A program made the position numbers and the translations under genes. A stretch of DNA of 64,000 nt from positions 1,536,001 through 1,600,000 of the forward strand of contig OZ241993.1 of assembly GCA_965204575.1 (NCBI GenBank), in the 5' to 3' direction. This stretch comes from an uncultured candidatus Porisulfidus sp. (GTDB lineage: Bacteria; Pseudomonadota; Gammaproteobacteria; Poriferisulfidales; Poriferisulfidaceae). The notes under the pieces are model-generated. The model was given only the letters and a program-made list of their open reading frames with translations, was not told the origin of the DNA and did not search any database. Positions 18,733 to 28,570 of this stretch are shown here, in pieces; the stretch's first letter is position 1, and every line of letters begins with the position of its first letter.

Positions 18733-19383
18733 ATGACTTCCACGTGCCCCACCGGGGTGCATGTGGCCTCCGGAGCAAGATCGGCGCCACGCAACCGCCT
18801 GCTGCGCCTTGCCCGGTCGCTGCGCCAGTGTTCATCGTGTGCAGAGGACTTCGAACTGCACGGGCATGCACCAAGGCCGGTGGCAAGGCTGTCCACTACA
18901 GCACGGATCTGCGTGTGCGGCCAGGCACCCGGCACGCACGTGCACCGCAGCGGGCTGCCATTCGACGACCCCTCTGGAAAGCGCTTGCGCGAGTGGATGG
19001 GCGTGGATCGGGACCAGTTCTACGATGCCGGGCGCATCGTCACCATGCCGATGGCATTCTGCTTTCCCGGGCAGGACCGCCGCGGGGCTGATTTGCCGCC
19101 TCCGCGGATCTGCAGCGAGCAATGGCACGCGCGCCTGTTCTCCGCCATGCCGCAACTGAAGCTTTTCCTGCTGATCGGCTACCACGCACAGCGCTGGCAC
19201 CTGGGCGCGCAATGCCGCGATTCCCTGACCGCCAACGTGGCCGCCTGGGAAGAATTCCTGCCCTCGGGGAGGATTCCCTTGCCGCATCCGTCCTGGCGGA
19301 ATAACGGTTGGCTGAAGAAGAATCCTTGGTTTGAGAAAGACTTGTTGCCTATTCTGAAGAAAAAAGTTCATGCCTATTTGTAG
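18733..19383 (+). CDS. Uracil-DNA glycosylase-like family protein
   Basis: GQAPG..VH.SGLPFDDPSG.RLR.W, PM.FCFPG, DLPP, PLPHPSWRN..WLKKNPWFE. Confidence 0.9.
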   Translation: MTSTCPTGVHVASGARSAPRNRLLRLARSLRQCSSCAEDFELHGHAPRPVARLSTTARICVCGQAPGTHVHRSGLPFDDPSGKRLREWMGVDRDQFYDAGRIVTMPMAFCFPGQDRRGADLPPPRICSEQWHARLFSAMPQLKLFLLIGYHAQRWHLGAQCRDSLTANVAAWEEFLPSGRIPLPHPSWRNNGWLKKNPWFEKDLLPILKKKVHAYL

Positions 19384-19432
19384 ACATCAAGCTATTCAGA
19401 GTTCCTTGTTAATCTAGTTGGCATGGGGGATC

Positions 19433-19478
19433 TTGATATATCTTTTTTTCTGTATAAAATATTTCCTTGTTTCCTTAC
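19433..19478 (+). promoter_or_regulatory. Sigma70-like promoter (TTGATA-N16-TAAAAT) followed by tandem TTCCTTGT/TTCCTTAC repeats (putative operator)
   Basis: Read directly upstream of the AbrB-family gene. Confidence 0.5.
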
Positions 19479-19491
19479 TTCGATGCTTCCC

Positions 19492-19725
19492 ATGCTTGCA
19501 AAATTGACATCAAAGAACCAGTTGACCATCCCCAAGGCCATATTGTTGTCCTATCCTGACACAGAATATTTCAATGTCACCGACGACGATGGGCGTATTG
19601 TTCTGTCTCCGGTGCACCTCAACCGTGCTGATGCAGTACGCGCCAAATTGGCTGACTTGGGCATCACTGAAAAGGATGTGGCCGACGCTGTGTCTTGGGC
19701 ACGCTCTGAGTCTGAGCAGACTTGA
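19492..19725 (+). CDS. AbrB/MazE/SpoVT-family antitoxin
   Basis: MLAKLTSKNQLTIPK; coupled to the PIN gene. Confidence 0.85.
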   Translation: MLAKLTSKNQLTIPKAILLSYPDTEYFNVTDDDGRIVLSPVHLNRADAVRAKLADLGITEKDVADAVSWARSESEQT

Positions 19726-20156
19726 TGAACTCATTACGTCTCGTCCTCGACACCAATGTCCTGCTCTCATCCCTCTTGTTCCGCAAAGGATCCCTAACAT
19801 GGCTCTGTCGGGCATGGCACTCCGGTATCATCCGCCCCTTGGCAAGTCGCGACACCACGGCAGAACTCATTAAGGTCCTGTCTTACCCAAAATTTGGCCT
19901 AACTGACGCCGAAGTCGAAGAGCTACTGGGAGATTATCTTCCTTGGTGCGAGACCGTCTCGGTACCACATTTGACTAATCTTCCGCCATGCCGTGATCCT
20001 CTGGATCGCCCATTCCTAGCCCTAGCACAGAGCGCCAAAGCAGACGCACTGGTTACTGGTGACCAAGACTTACTCGTCCTCGCGGATACATTCCCTGTTC
20101 CAATCCTGACTCCTACCTCGCTTGAAAAAAGGATCAGTCAAATATCAAACAGTTAA
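19725..20156 (+). CDS. PIN-domain toxin
   Basis: VLDTNVLLS, CRDP.D..FL.LA, LVTGD.DLL. Confidence 0.9.
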   Translation: MNSLRLVLDTNVLLSSLLFRKGSLTWLCRAWHSGIIRPLASRDTTAELIKVLSYPKFGLTDAEVEELLGDYLPWCETVSVPHLTNLPPCRDPLDRPFLALAQSAKADALVTGDQDLLVLADTFPVPILTPTSLEKRISQISNS

Positions 20157-20189
20157 AATGGATCAAAGTCGGAAAATACAAAATTTGCC

Positions 20190-20405
20190 ATGACCAAGAT
20201 TACCGTCTCCCTACCTGAAGCATATGTCGATGCGCTAGATTCAGTAGCGAACCAGGCTAGGTGCAGCCGAGCGGAAATCATCCGCCAAGCAATTCAGCTG
20301 CACATCGAAGATATCGAAGACCTGTCGTTATGCGCTGAACGACTTTGTGATTCAAGCGATCTTGTGTTGCCTTGGAAAGAAATTAAAGATGGCTTGTCTG
20401 ATTAG
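20190..20405 (+). CDS. Ribbon-helix-helix (CopG/RelB-like) protein
   Basis: ITVSLPE....LD..A.....SRAEIIR.AI...IED.ED. Confidence 0.7.
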   Translation: MTKITVSLPEAYVDALDSVANQARCSRAEIIRQAIQLHIEDIEDLSLCAERLCDSSDLVLPWKEIKDGLSD

Positions 20406-20439
20406 GACTGAAGGTTGATGAGGCCCGTGCTCTTGGCAA

Positions 20440-21123
20440 TCACCATTCCCTGACAACCTGTCCTTCCGACAAGCGATAGCCTGTCTGCATTGTTTTCGCC
20501 AAAGCCTCGTCATGCGTCACCAGCACCAGCGCAATTCCGCGCTCGGCGTTTAGTTGCTTCATCAGGTCGAATACCTCGTGCGCCGTATGGGGATCCAAAT
20601 TGCCAGTCGGCTCGTCGGCCAGGACGACATCCGGATCCATGACCAGTGCGCGGCACACTGCCACCCGCTGTCTTTCCCCTCCGGACAGCTCTCCCGGCCG
20701 GTGCTGAAGGCGATCTTCCATATCCACCCGTTTCAGCAGTTCTGCGGCTTTCTCACTTGCCTCCTCGACCGACATTCCCCCAATCAACGGCGGCATGGTG
20801 ACATTCTCCAATGCCGAGAACTCGGGCAAAAGGTGATGCATCTGGTATACGAAACCCAAGCTCCGGTTGCGCAATTGCGCCTGTTCCGAGTCGGCCAATC
20901 CATCAATTCGACGCCCTCCGATCTCGACGGTGCCCGCATCAGGGCGATCCAGTCCTGCAAGCAGGTGCAGTAAAGTGCTTTTGCCGCACCCGGAAGCGCC
21001 AACAACCGCCACGCTTTCGCCTCGGGCAACCTCTAATTCCAAGTCATGCAGGACTTCTACCTGCATCTCACCCGAGCCGAACGACTTGGCCAACCCGGAG
21101 CAACGCAGCACGGAATCACTCAT
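20440..21123 (-). CDS. lolD: Lipoprotein-releasing ABC ATPase
   Basis: GASGCGKST, GFVYQ.HHLL.EFSALEN, LSGGERQR, ADEPTGNLD. Confidence 0.95.
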   Translation of the reverse strand: MSDSVLRCSGLAKSFGSGEMQVEVLHDLELEVARGESVAVVGASGCGKSTLLHLLAGLDRPDAGTVEIGGRRIDGLADSEQAQLRNRSLGFVYQMHHLLPEFSALENVTMPPLIGGMSVEEASEKAAELLKRVDMEDRLQHRPGELSGGERQRVAVCRALVMDPDVVLADEPTGNLDPHTAHEVFDLMKQLNAERGIALVLVTHDEALAKTMQTGYRLSEGQVVREW

Positions 21124-22366
21124 AGCGCAACACCTCGGCCGGCATGACCTGCAACGCCTTGCGCGCCGGATAGACGGCCGCGATCACGGACAGGAGAATC
21201 GAGGCCACCGCCGCAATCACCACGTCTCCCCAGAGCAACTGCGACGGAATCTCACTAATGTAATAAACTTCCGGCGAAAAGACTTTGAAACTAAAGGCTT
21301 TTTCTATCAACCCCACGACCACCTGAAGGTTGTAGGACAAGGCCACGCCCCCGCCGACTCCTAGCGCCGTCCCCCCAAGGCCGATCGTCAGACCTTGCAG
21401 CAGGAATACCTGGAGAGTCCCGCGCCGGGTCATGCCCAGGGTGCGCAGCACGGCGATATCGGAACGCTTTTCCAGCACCGTCATCAACAGCGCGGAAATG
21501 ATGTTGAACGCCGCCACCAGCACGATCAGCATCAGAAGGAGGAACAGCATGGTTTTTTCCATCTGGATCGCCTTGAAGAAGCCGTTGTCGAGATCCGACC
21601 AATCCAGCACCCAGTAACGCCCGTCCAGCTCTTCGCGGAACCGGTCGGCCAGCCACGGCGCCTTGAACAAGTCCTGGAGGCGGACCTTCAGGCCACCGAC
21701 CTCCCCTTCGCCCAGCGCCAGCGCCTGCCGAGCATCTTCCAGGTGCACCAAGGCCAAGTGCCGGTCATAGCTGCGCATGTCGAGGTCAAAGATCCCGACC
21801 ACCTCGAAGCGGCGGAATTTGGGCAGAAGCCCGGCGACCGTACTGGCTGCCCGCGGCACGATCAGGGTGACCCGATCACCCACCCGGACATTCAAATGCC
21901 GGGCCAGCTCATCACCCAGTACGATTCGGTATGCGCCCGGCTCCAGCCGGTCCAGGGTGCCTCGGGTCATGTGCTGCGCAATTCGGGAAGCTTCCGCTTC
22001 CAGCGCCGGCAGCATGCCTCGCAGCCCGACCCCGCTCACACGGTCCCGGTAAAGCAGCATCCCCTGCCCTTCGATGAACGGCGCGCTCGCGACCACTTCC
22101 GGGTACTGCGTCAATTGTTCCGCCAATCCGCGCCAGTCCTGCAACTTCCGGTCCGGCTCGCTGATGCTGATATGGGACACCATGCCCAGCAGTCGATCCC
22201 GGATCTCGGTGTGGAATCCGTTCATGACCGACATCACGGCGATCACCGCGGTCAATCCCAGCGCGATGCCCAGCGTCGAGACCAGCGAGATGAAAGAGAT
22301 GAAACGATGCCGGTGGCGTGCCCGAAGGTAACGCAGGCCGATGTACAGAGGGACTGGAAGATTCAC
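21116..22366 (-). CDS. lolE: Lipoprotein-releasing ABC permease LolC/E
   Basis: IGLRYLRA....FISFIS, MSVMNGF, VAAFNII, YPA.KA...PAEVLRYE. Confidence 0.9.
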   Translation of the reverse strand: MNLPVPLYIGLRYLRARHRHRFISFISLVSTLGIALGLTAVIAVMSVMNGFHTEIRDRLLGMVSHISISEPDRKLQDWRGLAEQLTQYPEVVASAPFIEGQGMLLYRDRVSGVGLRGMLPALEAEASRIAQHMTRGTLDRLEPGAYRIVLGDELARHLNVRVGDRVTLIVPRAASTVAGLLPKFRRFEVVGIFDLDMRSYDRHLALVHLEDARQALALGEGEVGGLKVRLQDLFKAPWLADRFREELDGRYWVLDWSDLDNGFFKAIQMEKTMLFLLLMLIVLVAAFNIISALLMTVLEKRSDIAVLRTLGMTRRGTLQVFLLQGLTIGLGGTALGVGGGVALSYNLQVVVGLIEKAFSFKVFSPEVYYISEIPSQLLWGDVVIAAVASILLSVIAAVYPARKALQVMPAEVLRYE

Positions 22367-23550
22367 GGGATGCGCTGATCGATCGTCACTTGAGTCATCG
22401 CGTTGGGGACGACAGCCACCGGCCCGACTTCTCCAATCAAGTCGCCGCTTTGCCTCTCTGCCTGTCCGCTCTCACTGATACGTGCCACCACCATGACTTC
22501 GCGGGCCTTGGACAGGTTCATCTCCGGCATCATGGCCAAAGTGTCGTCCAGCACCACCTGTACCGGGAACTCGCCCGCCACGCCACGCCAGATCGCGAGC
22601 GGCATGGGCGGCCCGTCAATGCGGCGCGCGTATACGAACAGGGTCGCATCCGGGCTATAGCCCCCCGTGAACGCCGGGTCCAGCGTCACTTCCACCTGCA
22701 GGGAGGGGCCGATCTCGGGTTCGCCGGCTTCACGCCGGGCTTCGTCCAGCCAGTTCTCGACCATGGCGCGGACGCCCTCCTCTTCCACCGGCAGGACCAT
22801 GAGCAACCGTTCCCAGGACTGAACCGCCGCGTCTGCGTTTCCTCTCTGCCAGGACGCCCAACCGAACAGCCACAAGGCCTTTTGATGGGCCGGGTCCAGA
22901 TCCAGCGCCCGCGACAGGTAGTCCATTGCCTCGTCCGAGAACCAGTCTCCGCCTGCCATCGCCATCGCGTCCGCCAACGCCACCAGTGCCGAGGGGTCCG
23001 AATATTCCAGCAAGGCATTGGCATGCATCCATGCACTCACCGCCTCCGGCCCCTGCCCCTGTTCTCGGTAAAAGTCCCCGAGTTCCGCCCAGGCATTCGC
23101 TTCCTGAGGGTTCTCGTCAACCTGCCGGAGCAAGCGTTCATGCAATGCTTCTGTCTGTTCGGTCTCGTCCGGCGCGCCGCCGAATATCGCGAAACGCATC
23201 AGTTCGCTGGACGCCAGCATGAGGCCCACGCTGACGACCACCACGCCGAGTGCAAGCCATACCGCGGTCCGTCCTTCCTGTTTCGTGGATTCGGGGGCAC
23301 CCTCACCGACTTCCTCTACATCTTCGAGGAGGCTGCGGTCCAGTTCCGCCTCGGCCTCGCCGAACAATTCCGGCGAAAGCCAGCCGATCTCGACGTCCTG
23401 CTGCAGTTCGTCCCGGCGGAGGTTGTAGGCGTGGGCCAGGATGTCGCGCATGGAGTCGGAGCGCGGCCGCCGCTTCGCCCACCAGGGATAGAGTACGAAG
23501 ATCAGCGCCAGCACCAGCAGCGCAAGGCACCCTGCGAAAAACCCCCACAT
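22363..23550 (-). CDS. ccmI: Cytochrome c biogenesis protein CcmI/CycH (TPR)
   Basis: Two N-terminal TM segments, TPR region, C-terminal GPPMPLA...ARIS.SG.A...GDL. Confidence 0.85.
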   Translation of the reverse strand: MWGFFAGCLALLVLALIFVLYPWWAKRRPRSDSMRDILAHAYNLRRDELQQDVEIGWLSPELFGEAEAELDRSLLEDVEEVGEGAPESTKQEGRTAVWLALGVVVVSVGLMLASSELMRFAIFGGAPDETEQTEALHERLLRQVDENPQEANAWAELGDFYREQGQGPEAVSAWMHANALLEYSDPSALVALADAMAMAGGDWFSDEAMDYLSRALDLDPAHQKALWLFGWASWQRGNADAAVQSWERLLMVLPVEEEGVRAMVENWLDEARREAGEPEIGPSLQVEVTLDPAFTGGYSPDATLFVYARRIDGPPMPLAIWRGVAGEFPVQVVLDDTLAMMPEMNLSKAREVMVVARISESGQAERQSGDLIGEVGPVAVVPNAMTQVTIDQRIP

Positions 23551-23990
23551 CAGTCATCACCCCGCTTCAGGACTTTCGCGAGCCGTTCACGTTCTACATC
23601 CGACAAACCGCCGGATGCCCGCGCGTGCCTGCGCCGGATGCGCCGCAGCAGCAGCCAGGCCGTGAGGGCCAGCAGCACGAACGGGCCAGTCCACAGGGCC
23701 ACCGTGCGCCAGGCGAACGGAGGGCGGTACAGGATAAAGTCTCCATAGCGCGCCTGCAGATGTTCGATGATCTGCTCATCGCTCATGCCCTGATCGATCA
23801 GGTCCCGGACGCGCTTGCGCAGGTCACCCGCCAGCTCCGCATCGGAATCGGCCAGCGACTGGTTCTGGCAGACCAAGCAACGCAACTCGTACAAGAGCGC
23901 CTGGTATCGCTCATCGCCCGTCTCGTCGGCAGCCAGGCAGGCACCGCCGGCGCAAAGCAGGCAGAATCCCCAAGCCGTGATCCGCTTCAT
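23550..23990 (-). CDS. ccmH: Cytochrome c biogenesis protein CcmH
   Basis: ELRCLVCQNQSLADSDA, RYGDFILYRP. Confidence 0.95.
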   Translation of the reverse strand: MKRITAWGFCLLCAGGACLAADETGDERYQALLYELRCLVCQNQSLADSDAELAGDLRKRVRDLIDQGMSDEQIIEHLQARYGDFILYRPPFAWRTVALWTGPFVLLALTAWLLLRRIRRRHARASGGLSDVERERLAKVLKRGDD

Positions 23991-24505
23991 GACCTCTCTC
24001 CGCGAATGCGCGCCAGGATCTCTTCCCGGTAGGCTTTCTCGTCCAGTGCACCGATGTGCTTGTAGCGGATGACGCCATCCGGGTCCAGCAGGAAGGTTTC
24101 CGGAACCTTGTACACGCCCAGTTCGATCCCCACCTCGCCGTGCTCGTCGAAGGCGCTGGAACGATACGGATTGCCGTAGACCTGCAGCCAGTTCCGGGCT
24201 TCATCGCGCGTGTCCCGGTGATTGATCCCGTACAGCGCCAATTGCTGCGACAGGCGCATCAGCAGTTCGTGCTCTTCCAGGCAAGTCGTGCACCAGCTGG
24301 CCCAGACGTTGAGCAGGCTCCACTCGCCGCGGAGCGCAGCGGAATCGAATTTCTCTTCGGTCGAACTCAAACGCTCTGCCTGAAAAGCTGGAACCGGCAA
24401 GCCGACCAGCGGCGAACTGACCCGCGACGGGTCGCGCGTCAGGCCGATCGCCAGCATGGCGACCAATCCCGCAAACAAGACCACCGCCAGCCAACCGCGC
24501 ATCAT
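23987..24505 (-). CDS. ccmG: Thiol:disulfide interchange protein CcmG/DsbE
   Basis: NVWASWCTTC..EH, GVY.VPETF. Confidence 0.95.
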   Translation of the reverse strand: MMRGWLAVVLFAGLVAMLAIGLTRDPSRVSSPLVGLPVPAFQAERLSSTEEKFDSAALRGEWSLLNVWASWCTTCLEEHELLMRLSQQLALYGINHRDTRDEARNWLQVYGNPYRSSAFDEHGEVGIELGVYKVPETFLLDPDGVIRYKHIGALDEKAYREEILARIRGERS

Positions 24506-26457
24506 GCCCGCACTCTCCCGCGCCGATAACGGTAACGGCGATCCGACAGCGCCAGCAGTCCCCCGAACGCCATCAGCAACGCCCCGCCCCACAACCATTG
24601 GATAAACGGTTTGACATACAGCCGTACGCCCCAGCCTCCGCCGGGTTGGGCCACCCCGAGCGCCGCGTACACGTCGCGCCAGACCGTCGAGTGGATAGCA
24701 GCCTCGGTCATCGGCGAGGACTGCACGAGGTAGGTGCGTTTCTCCGGTCGCAATTCCGCCACCGGCACGCCTTCCCGGTAGACGGAAAGGTGTCCCTGCT
24801 TGGCCTGGTAGTTCGGCCCGTCCACTTCGCGCACGCCATGGAACACGAATTCATGTTCTGCAAATGCCACCCTGTCGCCCTCGTTCATGACCAGTTCCCG
24901 CTCCATCGAGAAGGCCGTCGTGAATGCGATGCCGAGCGCGATCACGCCGAGTCCGGCATGCGCACAGGTCATGCCGATCATGTGTCGGGGCAAGCGGCGA
25001 AGGCTGTAGCCGGTGCTGGTGCCGCGCCGCATGCGGGAGAACTGCCGCCACAACGCCGTCAGCGTCCCGGCAATGCACCAGACCCCGAGCATGGTCCCCG
25101 CCAGGACCAAGGGCGACGTGGAGCCGAAAGCCGCCCACGGGACGGCGGTGCCCAATGCCAGCGCCAGTGCCAGCGGCACCTGAAGCCGGCGCAACAGTTC
25201 ACGGGCGCGGGTCTTTTTCCATCGCGAGATCGGCCCGATTGCGGCGAGGAACAGCAGCGGCAGCATCAACGGCAGGAATACGAGGTTGAAGTACGGCGGG
25301 CCGACCGACATGGAGGGCAGCCCGAGAACGTCCACGATCAACGGGTACAGAGTTCCAAGCAGGATGGCAAAGGTGGCGATCAACAGGAACACGTTGTTGA
25401 ACAAGAGCAGGGTTTCCCGGGAAAGCAATTCGAAGTGGCCCGGGCTCTCGATATGGTGGGCGCGTGTCGCGTACAGGGCCAGCCCGCCTCCGACGACCAC
25501 CGCCAGGAATCCCAGGATGTAGACGCCGCGGGCCGGGTCGTTCGCGAACGCATGCACCGACACCAGCACCCCGGAACGCACCAGGAAGGTCCCGAGGAGG
25601 CTCAGGGAAAACGCCAGCAGTGCCAGCAGCACGGTCCAGCGTTTGAAGGTGTTGCGCTTTTCGGTAACGGCCAGGGAATGGATCAGTGCAGTCCCGACCA
25701 GCCAGGGCATGAACGAGGCGTTCTCCACCGGATCCCAGAACCACCAGCCGCCCCAGCCGAGTTCATGGTAGGCCCACCAGCTGCCGAGACCGATGCCGAG
25801 GGTCAGGAACATCCAGGCGGCCGTCACCCAGGGCCGCGTCCAACGCGCCCAGGCCGCGTGCAGATGGCCGCCCCACAACGCCGCGATGGCGAATGCGAAA
25901 GCCACCGCGAATCCGACATAGCCCATGTACAGCATCGGCGGATGGATCACCAGGCCCGGGTCCTGCAGCAGCGGGTTGAGGTCGCGCCCCTGCATGGCCG
26001 GGGGAATCAGGCGGTCGAACGGATTGGAGGTCGCCAGCATGAAGGCGAGGAACCCGAGACTGACAAACCCCAGTACGGCCAGCACGCGCGCCCGGAACAG
26101 CATGGGAAGCCGACGGCTCAGCGCGACCACCGCGACGGTCCAACCCGACAGGACCAGGGACCACAGCAGCAGAGAGCCTTCATGCCCGCCCCATACGCCG
26201 GAAATCCGGTAGGCCAGCGGCAGCTCCGTGTTGGAGTTGTTGGCGACGTAGCGAACGGAGAAATCGTGTTCGATGAACGCCCAGGTCAATGCAAGGTAGG
26301 CGAGCAACACCAGGAAACCCTGGCCCAGCGCCAGCGAAGAGGCGCTGCGCATCCAGGTCGGGTTGCCCCGCTGGGTTCCCAGGCTCGGCAGAAACGCCTG
26401 CAGTGCCGCCAGCACACAGGCCAGAACCAGGGCGAAATGGCCGAGTTCGGGAATCAC
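24502..26457 (-). CDS. ccmF: Heme lyase CcmF
   Basis: WGGHEGS, HPP, WGGWWFWDPVEN, SVHAF. Confidence 0.97.
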   Translation of the reverse strand: MIPELGHFALVLACVLAALQAFLPSLGTQRGNPTWMRSASSLALGQGFLVLLAYLALTWAFIEHDFSVRYVANNSNTELPLAYRISGVWGGHEGSLLLWSLVLSGWTVAVVALSRRLPMLFRARVLAVLGFVSLGFLAFMLATSNPFDRLIPPAMQGRDLNPLLQDPGLVIHPPMLYMGYVGFAVAFAFAIAALWGGHLHAAWARWTRPWVTAAWMFLTLGIGLGSWWAYHELGWGGWWFWDPVENASFMPWLVGTALIHSLAVTEKRNTFKRWTVLLALLAFSLSLLGTFLVRSGVLVSVHAFANDPARGVYILGFLAVVVGGGLALYATRAHHIESPGHFELLSRETLLLFNNVFLLIATFAILLGTLYPLIVDVLGLPSMSVGPPYFNLVFLPLMLPLLFLAAIGPISRWKKTRARELLRRLQVPLALALALGTAVPWAAFGSTSPLVLAGTMLGVWCIAGTLTALWRQFSRMRRGTSTGYSLRRLPRHMIGMTCAHAGLGVIALGIAFTTAFSMERELVMNEGDRVAFAEHEFVFHGVREVDGPNYQAKQGHLSVYREGVPVAELRPEKRTYLVQSSPMTEAAIHSTVWRDVYAALGVAQPGGGWGVRLYVKPFIQWLWGGALLMAFGGLLALSDRRYRYRRGRVRA

Positions 26458-26903
26458 CAGGAGATCCCGACCGGGTCCTGCCCCGCTTCGGTCAAAGCCT
26501 CCGCTACTTCCGGCGGCATGTAGTTTTCATCGTGCTTGGCCAGCACCTCTTGCGCCACGAACACGCCGGCCTCGTCCAGCCGGCCCAAGGTGACGATGCC
26601 CTGCCCTTCGCGGAACAGGTCCGGCAGCAGGCCGCTGTAGAGCACCGGCAGGCTGTGCGCGCCGTCGGTCAGCGCAAAGCGGACTTCCATCGAGCCGGTC
26701 TCCTGCTGCACGCTACCCTGGGCCACCAGGCCTCCGAGGCGGAAGGTCGTGTGCGGTTCGACCAGGCCGGCGGCGACCTGCGAAGGACTGTAGAAGTACA
26801 GCAGGTTCTGCTGGAAGGCGTACAGCATCAGCGCCACTCCGGCGGCGACCCCGACGGAAACGGCCACGGCCAAGCCAAGACGGCGCTTCTGTCGGGCGTT
26901 CAT
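26454..26903 (-). CDS. ccmE: Heme chaperone CcmE
   Basis: LPDLFREGQG, LAKHDENYMPPE. Confidence 0.97.
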   Translation of the reverse strand: MNARQKRRLGLAVAVSVGVAAGVALMLYAFQQNLLYFYSPSQVAAGLVEPHTTFRLGGLVAQGSVQQETGSMEVRFALTDGAHSLPVLYSGLLPDLFREGQGIVTLGRLDEAGVFVAQEVLAKHDENYMPPEVAEALTEAGQDPVGISW

Positions 26904-27145
26904 GGTGAGTCATTTTAATGGATGCCGTCCCATCCCTCGAAATCCCGCCCCCACTCATGCTTCGCGGCCTTGCGGTCCTCTGGACCAAGCTGCTTCCCGA
27001 TGGGAATCGACCGACGCGGCGGTGCAGCCGCATCCGATGAATCCCACTGCAATGCCAAGGGCGAACCGCCGTTCGCCTTCATTCCTCCGGAGGGCCTAAC
27101 TCGGCAAGCAAATCCTGAATGCTCCGGCGCAATTTTGGGAGGCTG

Positions 27146-27559
27146 TTAATTCAGGTTGCAGATTAAGGACAAACCCTCTCTGGCAGCAGCTTGAGAGAGA
27201 GCCTTATCAAGAGTCGCAATCGAGACAGCATGCCGTTTCGCCAACTCCAGGTAAACGGCATCGTAGGCCGACAGTTCATGTTTTTCCGCCAGCCTAAAAG
27301 CAGATTCGTAATCAAGACTGGAATCCGTGCGAAGCGGAATATCCCGCAGGATGTCCAAACGTTCTGCCAACCTGTCGCGGGCAATCCTGCCCCGTCGCAC
27401 GGCAACAAGCAGGCAATTGCGGGTCTCCAAGTGCCAGAGTTGCGGGACCAGCGCTTTTCCACTATGCATGTGCGTCAATGCTGGCTGTGCTTGCGTCCGC
27501 GCCTCTTCATTTAGCAACCAGGCCGAAACAACCGAAGCGTCAAGGACAAAAAAGGTCAC
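27146..27559 (-). CDS. vapC: VapC-family PIN toxin
   Basis: FVLDASV..AW, P.LW.LE..N, LSAYDAVYLELA, ATLD..L. Confidence 0.9.
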   Translation of the reverse strand: MTFFVLDASVVSAWLLNEEARTQAQPALTHMHSGKALVPQLWHLETRNCLLVAVRRGRIARDRLAERLDILRDIPLRTDSSLDYESAFRLAEKHELSAYDAVYLELAKRHAVSIATLDKALSQAAAREGLSLICNLN

Positions 27560-27807
27560 CAGCGATGACCCTCATGCCGTGCCTGGAGTATTTCCTCGAT
27601 CGACATGTCGACCGGTTCCAATTCCTGAAGACGACGGCAAAAACGGGCAACCGCCTCGCTGTAATCCTCGCGTTCAGCCTCGTGCGCCGGAGTCACGCGT
27701 GCCACCGCTCGCCCATGACGGGTAATCATCACAGTCTCCCCGTGCTCAACAATTCGAAGCAATTCGGCAAACCGGGCCTTGGCTTCTGTCGCCTGCATCT
27801 GATTCAT
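27556..27807 (-). CDS. Phd/YefM-family antitoxin
   Basis: EAKARFAELLR.VE.GETV.ITRHGRAVAR. Confidence 0.9.
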   Translation of the reverse strand: MNQMQATEAKARFAELLRIVEHGETVMITRHGRAVARVTPAHEAEREDYSEAVARFCRRLQELEPVDMSIEEILQARHEGHRW

Positions 27808-27814
27808 TTTTTTA

Positions 27815-27837
27815 TGACCAGTTACTTTGACCGGTTA
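27815..27837. promoter_or_regulatory. Probable Phd-type operator: two near-palindromic boxes TGACCAGTTA / TGACCGGTTA with a 13-bp period
   Basis: Directly upstream of the antitoxin start. Confidence 0.65.
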
Positions 27838-28570
27838 TATTTTAGCAAATATTGCCCATGTGTAAACTGGACACGCGCCGAGGATGCAGTGGAATTACCG
27901 GGGCTCGCCCCCTGATTTCCATATATTGTGGCGGCGAGTAGATTGGACGGTGCTGGATCCGGCACAAGTCGAATCTTCGGCAAATGGGTCATGCCGAAAC
28001 CGCAACGCAGAAGGCCGGCCGGGACGCCACGGGGCAACGCCCATCCGGGTCGCGACAGTCCGGTGTTGTTTTTGAGCACCTGAAGCGGGCAGGCTTGCCC
28101 TTCCGCTTCTCCTCATTTTCCCCGCGCACCTTGGCCTGAATGCCAGTTTTGGGCTGCCGCCTATACCCGCCAGTCTCCGCTGCCTGACATGATCTCGCGG
28201 CAAAAAACGCAAGTTCCTGCCCTTGTGCAAGGCCCTACAAGCAATTCAGGCCAACCCGCCGAAAACGCCGCCCCTCCCCGTCCGATGCCGCTTGCCCCGG
28301 GAGCCCTGGTCGGCTTGCCTTTCTTCTTCGGGAGTCATCAATCGGGAAAATATCTGAAATAATAATATTTTTGTTATTCAATAATTTATGATAGATATTT
28401 ATGTAAATTTATTAGATTTTGGATTGCTTTATTCGGCGACTCGCCCACGTTGGTTTGCTCGCCCAAGCATCTGCTTCCGCGGCATCTCTCGAACGTCTGC
28501 GTTGAGCGACTTCCCCCTCACATGCGCACCTCGGTGACACCGCTACCCGGCATGGGGACCCCCTTACCGC

